In this document: positions 8,519-20,004 of the stretch, in pieces | Layout: every line of letters begins with the position of its first letter | How positions within the stretch are numbered: position 1 is the stretch's first letter | From: a virus | Taxonomy: Duplodnaviria > Caudoviricetes | Strand: one strand, 5' to 3' | Length of the DNA stretch: 64,000 nucleotides | IMG/VR virus record: IMGVR_UViG_3300033070_001497 | Coordinates: 32,001 to 96,000 of that record | Notes under the pieces: model-generated | Database searches by the model: none | Seen by the model: the letters and a program-made list of their open reading frames with translations, nothing else | What the model was told of the DNA's origin: nothing | Made by a program: the position numbers and the translations under genes

Positions 8519-8748
8519 AAAAGCTGTCAGAGATCCTCGCTAACAAGGCTAAGCCAGAGGAGCCGATCAAAGTGAACACCGAAGCGAGCGCTCCACCGGT
8601 GTTGGAGAGCGAATCCATTCCAAACAGCGAGTACACCAAGCGGTACATGTCTCTGCTAGAGGGATTCGGAGCGAAGTCGATCCTTGATCTCGATGAGAAG
8701 CAGTTCGATCAGTTCCACACCGAGGTGTTGAAGATCATCAACGAGTAA
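8515..8748 (+). CDS. small hypothetical protein (paralogue of 58289..58510)
   Basis: ATGA-coupled; FGAKSILDLDEKQFDQF aligns with FGASTIHDLTDEDYDLF. Confidence 0.7.
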   Translation: MKKLSEILANKAKPEEPIKVNTEASAPPVLESESIPNSEYTKRYMSLLEGFGAKSILDLDEKQFDQFHTEVLKIINE

Positions 8749-8778
8749 CATCTCCAACGCTGAACCCGTTGGACCACT

Positions 8779-8803
8779 GAGGGCCTCGAAAGAGGCCCTC
8801 TTT
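8779..8803 (+). terminator. intrinsic terminator-like hairpin
   Basis: GAGGGCCTC-GAAA-GAGGCCCTC-TTT: perfect 9-bp stem with a GNRA loop, preceded by a second hairpin TCCAACG/CGTTGGA (8753-8773). Confidence 0.7.
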
Positions 8804-8818
8804 GCATAGAATAGGACC

Positions 8819-9844
8819 ATGCACACGCACGTCTTCGACATCGATGACACCCTGGTTCTCACCGACGGTAAGATAAAGGTCGTCAACCCATTGAATGGGG
8901 TCAGGCTACTTTCGGCCAAGGAATTCACCAAGTACCAACAGCACCCTCACGATTCGTTCGACTTCTCCGAGTTCAACGACGTGGATAAGCTGATGAACGG
9001 CACGCTAGTGAAGGACGTGTGCATGATCATCAGGGATTGCCATGACGCTGGGGAACGGATAGCCGTGATCACCGCAAGGGAGCAGGTGTGGCAGATCGTG
9101 CACTTCCTGAAGGAACGTATTGGAGTGACTATTCCACCGGAGATGGTCCTTGCGGTCAACGAGAAGCCGCGGAGGTTCTTCGGCGACAACGTCCCAGAGA
9201 TGAAGAGGCAGGCCATCAAGCGCCTGATCGAGTCTGGATCATCCAAGATCGACTTCTACGACGATGATCCGATGAACCTAGAGCTGGCTGCGATCGAGTC
9301 TGCCAAGCACGGAATCCCATTCCGAGCCATCCATGTCGATGACAAGTGGCATCGAACTAGCCTTCCGAAGAGGAGGATCGATGAGAAGATCGATGGGTTC
9401 TCTGGCATCCTGAAGCTGATCACTGGGATGTCGAACGCATCCACTTCCAAGGTCGGCTGTCTTGCCCTGAACAAGGACTTTCGGAACATCGCCGCATTCG
9501 GTTGGAACGGTTCGTATTCAGGAGCGCCGACGAACCCAGAGACCGGGGCAGAGGAGGAGTCCCTCGAACCAGGCATGAGCGGATTCATCCACGCCGAGGT
9601 CAACATGATCGCCAAGTTCAGGGAGCCGGATCCACAGAACTACATCGTCCTGTGCAGCCTGTCCCCTTGTGCGATGTGCACGAAGATCCTGGTCAATTCA
9701 GGGTTCAAGATGGTGTACTGGATAGACACCTATAGGGAGACCAATCACCTCCGGATCTTCCAGGAATGTGGAGTCATGTGCGGAAACATCGATGACCTCA
9801 AGAACCGAATCAACGAGATCCAGGGCAAACCCGGTCATAGATAA
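8819..9844 (+). CDS. fusion of HAD-superfamily phosphatase and dCMP deaminase
   Basis: N-terminal HVFDIDDTL, ITAR, K and FYDDD (HAD motifs I-IV); C-terminal KVGC, GWNG, HAEVN and SPCAMC (zinc deaminase). Confidence 0.85.
   Translation: MHTHVFDIDDTLVLTDGKIKVVNPLNGVRLLSAKEFTKYQQHPHDSFDFSEFNDVDKLMNGTLVKDVCMIIRDCHDAGERIAVITAREQVWQIVHFLKERIGVTIPPEMVLAVNEKPRRFFGDNVPEMKRQAIKRLIESGSSKIDFYDDDPMNLELAAIESAKHGIPFRAIHVDDKWHRTSLPKRRIDEKIDGFSGILKLITGMSNASTSKVGCLALNKDFRNIAAFGWNGSYSGAPTNPETGAEEESLEPGMSGFIHAEVNMIAKFREPDPQNYIVLCSLSPCAMCTKILVNSGFKMVYWIDTYRETNHLRIFQECGVMCGNIDDLKNRINEIQGKPGHR
9837..9843 (+). promoter_or_regulatory. putative late promoter ATAGATA
   Basis: Recurrent motif, 4 nt before ATG 9848. 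Confidence 0.65.
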
Positions 9845-9847
9845 GCC

Positions 9848-10348
9848 ATGGATGGACTTCTTCTTAGGATCGCCAGGGACCTGATCGTGGATTTCCAACG
9901 CAATGGATTAGACGTTGGTAGGGTGAGGATCAAGATCTTCCCAAGGGACAAGGCTAACCCAAAGTTCATCTTCCGAGGATACCAAACCGGGGAGCAATTC
10001 ATCTCTGCTTTCGACTCGGTGCTCACTAGCCCGAACTACCTCTGCTCGGCCGGTTCGTTACCGGTCATCGAGAACATCGAGCTCAACAACACAAACCTCT
10101 CGTTCTACAACTCTTACAGTTGGACGAACATACTGGATCGCAAGACGTTGGCAGAAAAGCTGGCCGCCGATTTCATCCGAGACGATGCTAGAGCCAAGGA
10201 GGCCGATCGGTACAAGGCGTACATGTCAAACAGGATCGACCAATACGTCTCGGATGCGAACTCCGCGGTGAACGTCAGGATAGAATCCTACGTGGATCCA
10301 TGCTACGTAGACGCGGGCTATGTTTCTCCGCAATCCGAGGTGTATTGA
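9848..10348 (+). CDS. hypothetical protein, probably virion-associated
   Basis: Preceded by ATAGATA; C-terminal YVDPCYVDAGYV motif; opens the structural module. Confidence 0.7.
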   Translation: MDGLLLRIARDLIVDFQRNGLDVGRVRIKIFPRDKANPKFIFRGYQTGEQFISAFDSVLTSPNYLCSAGSLPVIENIELNNTNLSFYNSYSWTNILDRKTLAEKLAADFIRDDARAKEADRYKAYMSNRIDQYVSDANSAVNVRIESYVDPCYVDAGYVSPQSEVY

Positions 10349-10377
10349 AGATCGCCTCTGTTGGGTTCCATCGGCGA

Positions 10378-13093
<2,716 letters not shown>

Positions 13094-13094
13094 C

Positions 13095-15554
13095 ATGAAC
13101 GGACACATCTACGCATCGAGCATGAGCGCGTCGTCGACTATTCTGACGGCGAACACCATTCTCAGCGACAATTCCACGTACTACATCATAGCACAATCAG
13201 CGTGCTTGTCGATCACGCTGCCAACTCTTGTCCTGAGCGCTAGCAGCACAGTGGTCAACGCTAACCGGATCTTCTTCATCAAGAACGAGACCTCAAGCGT
13301 ATTGACTGTAGCTGCTGCCGGTGGACAGACATTCGAAGGCGGCTCATCGTCGATCACAATCCTACCAAACCGGTGGCTGATGGTCCATGGCCAGAACTCG
13401 TTGCTCAGGTGGAACGTTTACCGCGTGGCTGACCTTACAGCAACCGGCGTGAACGATGTGACGTACGCACAGCTGATCTCGATGCTCGGCACCACTGGAG
13501 CCAGCTCAGCTACAGCTGGCTTCTATCGAGTCACGGACTTCAGGACCGCGGCTTACATCCTAGGGAGCTCAGGCGGATCGTCCTACGTCGGGACCTTGGA
13601 GCCGCTTATAGTGAACGTGTATTATGGCCAAGGGATGACTGCCTCCGTTCCAAAATTGGACCAAAGGGCCTTCTCTCCGCTTTGGCCTCAGGACATCATC
13701 TGGTACGATCCATACCCAGCAAATTGGATATACGACCGATCCTTCTGCAACACATTTGATGCGACGTCGATGGTGCCTAACTTCAAGGGCGTCATCTACC
13801 GAAGGCATGACATCAAGAAGGACATCCTTGGAGCCTATGACTGGAGAAACGTGTTGATCAGGAGATGGACATTCGACGCGGCTTCTAACGGTGGAAATTT
13901 CAGTGGAGCCATAGCTTATGACTTCGGAGACAGGGTCCTCGGTGGGATGTCGCTCATGTATGGCCCATCTGGATCGCTGAACGTGAACCAGTGGGCCTCG
14001 GTGTTCATGAATGGCATCTGTGCGATCGACCCAGATGACAACCCGAACTACTCACCCGCTGGAACGGTCACACAGGAACTATGCGTTGGGCCCACTGCCA
14101 ACTCCGCGACTGCCAGCACATGCGCCACTCTCACATGGACTGTCACCGGTTATCTGGACAGGCTCACGTTTGGCACGTACGGAGATCCAAATTCCGTCGA
14201 TCCATACTGCCGAGCGATCGATCTAGGAGGATATCAGTGGTACCCTGCCGCTGTGACCGGTGGAACAGGTGGTCCAACAGCCGCGTACAATTCGATCGTA
14301 AACTGCAACGTCTTAACTGCTACAACTACCGGTGGCATCAATTCCAACAGGCTCAACAACGTTAAGCTCCCAAGAAGGGCTTTCGGTAACAGCATCTACT
14401 CTGCTGGATACGAAGAAGACAACGATGTGAACAACATCCAGGGCGATGAGATGATGATCAACGTCAATCTCAACCCATACCCGGTAGTACCTGATTCGCC
14501 TTCATTCCCAGGTATCAACATCCGACGCGGCATCCGAAACATGAGGTTCAGCCGAGCCAAGAACGTCTACATCACCAGGGCTAGCAGCGACTGTGAGTTC
14601 GGACCCATCAAGGATTGCGCCTTTGAGAGCGTGCATGGAATCAAGATGGGTTACAACACGAACATGGTTGCCGCAACTGGAGCATCCAACAACGGGTGGT
14701 CGACTGGGAATGTCATCGTCAGGAGCGAGATGCTGGAGTTCAATGGAGTGAGCAATAGCCTCATATCCCGTTGCTATCGGACCAAGTTCGCTAGGTCGAT
14801 CTCGAAGCTGTACATCCACAACAACCAAGGTAACAGCAACATCGTCGATAGCCAATTCAGTGGAGATGTGAGCGATTGCAGCTTCATCAACTCCAGAGTC
14901 GATAACATACACGTCCTTGCGGCCTTCAAGAACAACCTGATCGAAGGATCCACGCTTAGGGCAACCAGATTCGGTGCAACTGCGACGACGGTGGTCATCG
15001 GCCCTACTTCGAACGTCACCGAATGCTCGTTCGATGGGGCTTTCACTTCTAGCCTCATCCAAGGATCGGTATCGAACACGAGATCGGCCGGCACGATCAC
15101 CACGCTCAGGATCGTCGGTGGCGCGACCGTGGCCAACACCAACTTCCACACCGCTCTGTCTGCTGTCACAGTGGATAAGACGCTGGGCACGAACGCGCAG
15201 ATCCTTGGATCATCCTTCCATGGTCAATCCATGGCCGGTTGCACTTTCGCTGGCCAGGTGCTGAATTGTGAGTTCTACGGCAACCTTTCCACGAACTACT
15301 TCCCATCGAATCTGTCAAGCAGCATTTTCATGGGTGGCCTCACTGGATCCACTGGCCTTGGGGTCGGCGGCACTTTCACTGGCGCACTCGTTATGGGAGG
15401 AGCGATCAATGGGCTCAACATGTCGGCAGCCACTGAATCAATAGCCAACCGTGGCAAGCTCTACATGCTCTCGAACGGCCAAAATCCTTACGTCCTGATG
15501 ATCAATGAGGCCGGCGGTTCGGCCACACCCATCGTGTTGGGCGCCACGGCCTGA
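13095..15554 (+). CDS. putative tail fibre / receptor-binding protein with beta-helix-like C-terminal half
   Basis: Ser/Thr/Gly/Asn-rich; VTYAQL...YRVTDFRT and YDWRNVLIRRW motifs seen in phage fibre proteins; periodic N/S-x-x-F-x-G repeats. Confidence 0.65.
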   Translation: MNGHIYASSMSASSTILTANTILSDNSTYYIIAQSACLSITLPTLVLSASSTVVNANRIFFIKNETSSVLTVAAAGGQTFEGGSSSITILPNRWLMVHGQNSLLRWNVYRVADLTATGVNDVTYAQLISMLGTTGASSATAGFYRVTDFRTAAYILGSSGGSSYVGTLEPLIVNVYYGQGMTASVPKLDQRAFSPLWPQDIIWYDPYPANWIYDRSFCNTFDATSMVPNFKGVIYRRHDIKKDILGAYDWRNVLIRRWTFDAASNGGNFSGAIAYDFGDRVLGGMSLMYGPSGSLNVNQWASVFMNGICAIDPDDNPNYSPAGTVTQELCVGPTANSATASTCATLTWTVTGYLDRLTFGTYGDPNSVDPYCRAIDLGGYQWYPAAVTGGTGGPTAAYNSIVNCNVLTATTTGGINSNRLNNVKLPRRAFGNSIYSAGYEEDNDVNNIQGDEMMINVNLNPYPVVPDSPSFPGINIRRGIRNMRFSRAKNVYITRASSDCEFGPIKDCAFESVHGIKMGYNTNMVAATGASNNGWSTGNVIVRSEMLEFNGVSNSLISRCYRTKFARSISKLYIHNNQGNSNIVDSQFSGDVSDCSFINSRVDNIHVLAAFKNNLIEGSTLRATRFGATATTVVIGPTSNVTECSFDGAFTSSLIQGSVSNTRSAGTITTLRIVGGATVANTNFHTALSAVTVDKTLGTNAQILGSSFHGQSMAGCTFAGQVLNCEFYGNLSTNYFPSNLSSSIFMGGLTGSTGLGVGGTFTGALVMGGAINGLNMSAATESIANRGKLYMLSNGQNPYVLMINEAGGSATPIVLGATA

Positions 15555-15573
15555 TAGAGTGCATAGGATTGCC

Positions 15574-16218
15574 ATGAGCCAAGACAGGTTCAAGGGCAGA
15601 GTTTTCCAGTGGATCAAGGGCGACCTTGAGGGCCAAGCCGAATTCGTGACGGAATCGAAGGATGGCAAAGTCTTCTTTGACAGCGGCAACAGCATCTTCA
15701 TCAAGGAGATCAGGGAGTTCATGGTCGAGATGGGCGTGCCTGGACTGGAGACGCTACGCATAGATCCGATCACCGGAAGCACAGCGGTTGGAGACATCCC
15801 AGGACTGAACACTCCAATAGACGCGCCGGCTCCAGCGGCTGAGCCGCAACCGATAGGAGAGGAAGCGATCATACTGAACCTGCTAGAAAAGCAGCGCAAG
15901 TCCTCATACATCAAGTTCGATCGCTCCATCTCTGTGCCGGTGCCGACTCCAGAGGCGTACGATTTCCTCAGGTCGACGTTCGACTCGGAGGTCATCACGA
16001 GCGCCATCATGAAGAAGGCACAGAAGGACATCGAAAGGGAGCTCAAAGAGGTGGCCGATTTCATCAGGTTCAACCTCCAATCAGCATTGGAACTCAAATA
16101 CGGAAACGATGGGAATGTCGGAATCGAGGAAACAGAGAAGGGAGTACGAGAAGTGGCTCAAGAAGTCAGACCCAAAGGCGTACAAGGCGTGGAAAGCGGA
16201 GAAGATCGAACGCGGTAA
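15574..16218 (+). CDS. hypothetical protein
   Basis: Start re-called at ATG 15574 (MSQDRFKG), after the upstream stop. Confidence 0.7.
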   Translation: MSQDRFKGRVFQWIKGDLEGQAEFVTESKDGKVFFDSGNSIFIKEIREFMVEMGVPGLETLRIDPITGSTAVGDIPGLNTPIDAPAPAAEPQPIGEEAIILNLLEKQRKSSYIKFDRSISVPVPTPEAYDFLRSTFDSEVITSAIMKKAQKDIERELKEVADFIRFNLQSALELKYGNDGNVGIEETEKGVREVAQEVRPKGVQGVESGEDRTR

Positions 16219-16381
16219 CGCGTTCCATCAATCCCACGTGGAAACCCAGCGGATTCTCCAGAGCGAAAGGCTCGAGGCCAAGCAGAAGGAGATCATCCAA
16301 AGCCTCAGGGCTGCCGGAAAAACCGATGCCCAGATCGATGAGTTCATCGAGAGCTGGGTCGAAGGCATCAGCCCGATCTGA
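16109..16381 (+). CDS. hypothetical small helical protein
   Basis: Protein-like composition; TGATG coupling to the next gene; overlaps the upstream ORF by about 110 nt. Confidence 0.65.
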   Translation: MGMSESRKQRREYEKWLKKSDPKAYKAWKAEKIERGNAFHQSHVETQRILQSERLEAKQKEIIQSLRAAGKTDAQIDEFIESWVEGISPI

Positions 16382-16731
16382 TGGTGAAGGTAGTCCTCGA
16401 GAACGCCTCGAACGGTGTCATCAAGAGAGTGAAGGATGACAACCACAATGGATCAGGGATGTACTTCACCCTGACCAAGCTGTATGAGATCGATCGAGAC
16501 AGCGAATACGCATCCCTACAATCGTTCCAACTGCTCGGCGACATCATCAACGATTTGGACCTGGACCTCGGGAATGAGCAACACGCTGAGGTACTCAACA
16601 TCAATAGCCGTTGGGGCGAGAAATACATGCCAACCCCAGCACAGATCAAGGCGAAGATCAAGGAGCTTCGGAGCGAAATAGATCAGCTCAAGGAGCTCAT
16701 GGTGATCTCCGAACAGGCGCAGAAGAAATGA
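16381..16731 (+). CDS. hypothetical protein
   Basis: Coupled starts and stops, typical codon usage, C-terminal coiled coil. Confidence 0.75.
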   Translation: MVKVVLENASNGVIKRVKDDNHNGSGMYFTLTKLYEIDRDSEYASLQSFQLLGDIINDLDLDLGNEQHAEVLNINSRWGEKYMPTPAQIKAKIKELRSEIDQLKELMVISEQAQKK

Positions 16732-17123
16732 CCGAGACCGATCCACAGAAGAACATCTTCTTCGTCCATTGCGATCTGGACTTCTTCAGGGAGAACTTCG
16801 TCAAGAAGCGCAACTCCGAGATCATCGTGTTCAGCGACATCGAGAAAAAGCTGACATCGAGGGAGATCGCGAAGACCAAACCGAGCCTTGAAACCATCCA
16901 GTTCAACATCTCGAAGAGGATCTCTGCTTTCCTGAGTTCCAGCAAGACGGAGTTCCTCTACTACTACCTGGACTCGATCAAGAAGGAGACCATCCTCAAG
17001 ATCAACAAGTTCGAGAAGCGTGAGGGCCTGTCGGTCTTCCTGATGCTAGAGGACAAGAAGCTGTTCGATCGGTACAAGAAGAGCGTGAGCAGCGCTATCC
17101 TGATCGAGGAGGCCCTTAGATGA
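16728..17123 (+). CDS. hypothetical protein
   Basis: Start re-called at ATG 16728 (ATGA overlap; MTETDPQK). Confidence 0.75.
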   Translation: MTETDPQKNIFFVHCDLDFFRENFVKKRNSEIIVFSDIEKKLTSREIAKTKPSLETIQFNISKRISAFLSSSKTEFLYYYLDSIKKETILKINKFEKREGLSVFLMLEDKKLFDRYKKSVSSAILIEEALR

Positions 17124-17689
17124 CAGACATCGAGCTCCTGCCAGTGGGCTCGATGTGCCATGCTGTCATGTACGCCGTCGATGACCCAGAGATCCTCTTC
17201 CCAGTCAAGGTAGAGATCACCTCGGCCGACATCGGCAGCAATTTCATGCTGCCGTCGTACAACGTTCGGATCGTCTGGTTCTACGACAACATCCTATTCC
17301 TGAGGAGCAACCTCGCGAACTGTTCGCTGAGGCTCAAATCTGGGGCCAATCGGATCATCAAGGTGTCGATGAAGCACTTCAAGACGCAGGAATCGATCTC
17401 TGAGTTCTTCGCGAACAGCGCGGAGCGTTACAAGATCGAGCACTTCTTCGTCCGTAAGAGAAGGATCGATATGGAGGAGCTCTTCACCAAACTCCAGAGG
17501 TACCTCATCAACAACCAGCTCAGGAAACTGGCCACATCGATGAACAGGAAGACTTACGGTGACAACGGTGGTGAGTTCTACGTCGTGAACCGTTCGGAGT
17601 TCCTGGAGAGACTCAGACGTGGCTTCGGTGACAAATTCAAGGATGACGAGAGCTTCAAAAGGTACACCAGCTATCTCTATGGGGTCTGA
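17120..17689 (+). CDS. hypothetical protein
   Basis: ATGA-coupled, typical codon usage. Confidence 0.75.
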   Translation: MTDIELLPVGSMCHAVMYAVDDPEILFPVKVEITSADIGSNFMLPSYNVRIVWFYDNILFLRSNLANCSLRLKSGANRIIKVSMKHFKTQESISEFFANSAERYKIEHFFVRKRRIDMEELFTKLQRYLINNQLRKLATSMNRKTYGDNGGEFYVVNRSEFLERLRRGFGDKFKDDESFKRYTSYLYGV

Positions 17690-17697
17690 CAGCTCCA

Positions 17698-17704
17698 ATA
17701 GATA
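17698..17704 (+). promoter_or_regulatory. putative late promoter ATAGATA
   Basis: Recurrent motif, 7 nt before ATG 17712. Confidence 0.65.
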
Positions 17705-17711
17705 GCCGGAG

Positions 17712-19460
17712 ATGCCCAACGAATTCTCCAACGAGTACATCCAGTCACAGGGAGCCCAAGGCGGATCGGCCGGCTTCAACGCGATCATCGGCGAGCTGTA
17801 CACCCAGCCTGATGGGAATTGGCCAGCGCCTCCAGCGATAACCGATCCACAGAATGGCGAATCGATCCAATACGCTGGCTCGAGGGCCGGCGCTAAGCCG
17901 TCGATCTTCAACCGGTACTCGATCTTCTTCTTCAACAACAGGACATCGAACTCGACCACCCCAGAGGACTACTTCGATAAGCCAGAGAAGTATGGGATCC
18001 GGGCACAGAACGACATGGCCACGACGGTGATCAGTCATCCGTCAGCGACGAACATCATCAAGTGGTCCAAGACTGGACAGACGAACGCAGTCGAATATGA
18101 TTGGCCAGACTTCACTTGGTGCAAGCACTACGGCGACGTGCCAAACAACTACATGGTCACTCTTCGTAGGTTCCCGATGCCATGTGCGGATGACCTGTTC
18201 GACAACTCGAAGAACCCAGCCCCTGATATCGGTAGGATGATCACCTGGGTCGACAACTCGATGAACAGCTTCGAGTCTGTTGGGATGAAGTTCAGCCATG
18301 GGATGACATGGAAGAAGCTGACAGCCGACATCCAAGAGGTCGAGTACCAAGGCGCATACCAGAACGAAGGACTGGGACTCCAGAACGATTACGCTGGAGG
18401 CGGATACAAGGGAACCATAGCCAGATCAGCTAACACTGTAGGTAAAGCGATAGTAGCCGCATCCGCAGCAACACAGGAAGGGTTCGGGAAGAATAACCTC
18501 GCTAACCCGAACATGGACACGTACAACCCGTACGGCGAGAACAGGAACGTCACATTCGGACCAGTGGACATCATCCGCGAGATGTACATCCGTGAGAAAG
18601 GGCTCGAGTTCACGCAGGAATTCTCGCTGAAATTCGAGTATGAGCTCAGATCGATCGATGGCATCAATCCGAAGGTCGCGTTCATGGATCTTCTTTCGAA
18701 CATACTCATCTGCACCGCGAACAAGGGCAGCTTCTGGGGCGGAGAGGTGAGGCACTACGGTGGTTACGCCAGGAAGGTCAAACCTTTGGGAGACCCCAGT
18801 ATGCTCGAGAAGGGCAATTTCCAGGGATACGTCAAATCGATTCTCCAAAAGCTCATGGGCCGGCTCAGCAGTCTGACAGATGGACAGGGTTTCTCTTTGG
18901 CTGGCCTAGGAAACGCCGCAAAGACCATTGGTTCGAACATCCTAGGAAACGTGCTGGGTGGATCGCTCGACAACATGGGCCGGCCACAAATCCATGGGCT
19001 GAATGCCCTGCTGACCGGCGAGGACACTGGCGAGTGGCATGTGACCGTCGGGAACCCTGCCAATCCGATGATCTCTGTTGGCAACCTTATCCTGGAGAGC
19101 ACGGACATTGCGTTCGATGGATCATTGGGCATCGACGACTTCCCATCGAGGATGATCGTCGAGTGCAAGCTCAAGCCAGCCAGGCCTAGGGACAGAAACG
19201 ACATCATGGCGATGTTCAGCCGCCATGGTCGAATGTACATCACGGATCCGCCGACCGCTTCAAAGTACGCCGGCGTCTTGGAAAAGGGCGGCCTTAACCC
19301 ACACGCGAGCAACGACATCTCTGGAGCTGGAGCCGACAAGGGCAAGTATTTCAACGAGGACAGCCTAAAGCAGATCAGGGAAAGCGGGGTCGCTTCCAGA
19401 TTCCCGAACCACATGAAGGACCCTGGATTGCTGACACAGGCTGCCAGGGGCATCGATTGA
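17712..19460 (+). CDS. virion structural protein, possibly baseplate/tail-tube initiator (gp48/gp54-like)
   Basis: Sits before the gp53-like and hub genes; tube-like beta patterns (FSLKFEYELR, GNLILESTDIAFDG). Function inferred from context. Confidence 0.5.
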   Translation: MPNEFSNEYIQSQGAQGGSAGFNAIIGELYTQPDGNWPAPPAITDPQNGESIQYAGSRAGAKPSIFNRYSIFFFNNRTSNSTTPEDYFDKPEKYGIRAQNDMATTVISHPSATNIIKWSKTGQTNAVEYDWPDFTWCKHYGDVPNNYMVTLRRFPMPCADDLFDNSKNPAPDIGRMITWVDNSMNSFESVGMKFSHGMTWKKLTADIQEVEYQGAYQNEGLGLQNDYAGGGYKGTIARSANTVGKAIVAASAATQEGFGKNNLANPNMDTYNPYGENRNVTFGPVDIIREMYIREKGLEFTQEFSLKFEYELRSIDGINPKVAFMDLLSNILICTANKGSFWGGEVRHYGGYARKVKPLGDPSMLEKGNFQGYVKSILQKLMGRLSSLTDGQGFSLAGLGNAAKTIGSNILGNVLGGSLDNMGRPQIHGLNALLTGEDTGEWHVTVGNPANPMISVGNLILESTDIAFDGSLGIDDFPSRMIVECKLKPARPRDRNDIMAMFSRHGRMYITDPPTASKYAGVLEKGGLNPHASNDISGAGADKGKYFNEDSLKQIRESGVASRFPNHMKDPGLLTQAARGID

Positions 19461-19462
19461 CA

Positions 19463-19469
19463 ATACATA
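19463..19469 (+). promoter_or_regulatory. putative late promoter variant ATACATA
   Basis: 4 nt before ATG 19474. Confidence 0.6.
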
Positions 19470-19473
19470 ACGC

Positions 19474-20004
19474 ATGCAGATCGCTCTATTGGACCTTAAG
19501 GCCACGATGGATCGTGATGGTGTGAAGATGATCGACTTCCTGGACAACAACTTCACTGTGAATTACCTGTCCCCAGACTTCCAGGTCATGCGGATCGTCA
19601 AGGTGGAGGAACACCACCTCTGCAGGATCGACCTGATCGCGTTCGAGGCCTATGGATCAGTGGATCAGGTGGACGCTGTTCTCAAGTTCAACATGATCAC
19701 TAACCCATTCTCGATGGAGATCGGCGACATCCTAGTCATTCCTTCCCTATCATCGGTCAGCAGCTTCTTCAAGCGATCGGCCCAGGCCCAATCACACACG
19801 ATCCTGGACACGAAGTCGATATTCATCGACACCAGTAGGGCCAGCAAAAAAGACGCCGCTAGGCTCGAGCAGTTGGCTCGGATCGCTTCCAAGAGGAAGA
19901 ACGGCGCATCGGAGATCAAGCCGACTAACTTGCTCAGGAACGGTGAGGTTCCATTCGCGACAACCGGCGGAGCCCTGAGGCTGGCCCCTAACGCGACCAA
20001 GTGA
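19474..20004 (+). CDS. baseplate wedge protein, gp53/LysM-like
   Basis: RIDLIAFEAYGS...LKFNMITNPFSMEIGDILVIP is the gp53/LysM-like signature. Confidence 0.8.
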   Translation: MQIALLDLKATMDRDGVKMIDFLDNNFTVNYLSPDFQVMRIVKVEEHHLCRIDLIAFEAYGSVDQVDAVLKFNMITNPFSMEIGDILVIPSLSSVSSFFKRSAQAQSHTILDTKSIFIDTSRASKKDAARLEQLARIASKRKNGASEIKPTNLLRNGEVPFATTGGALRLAPNATK

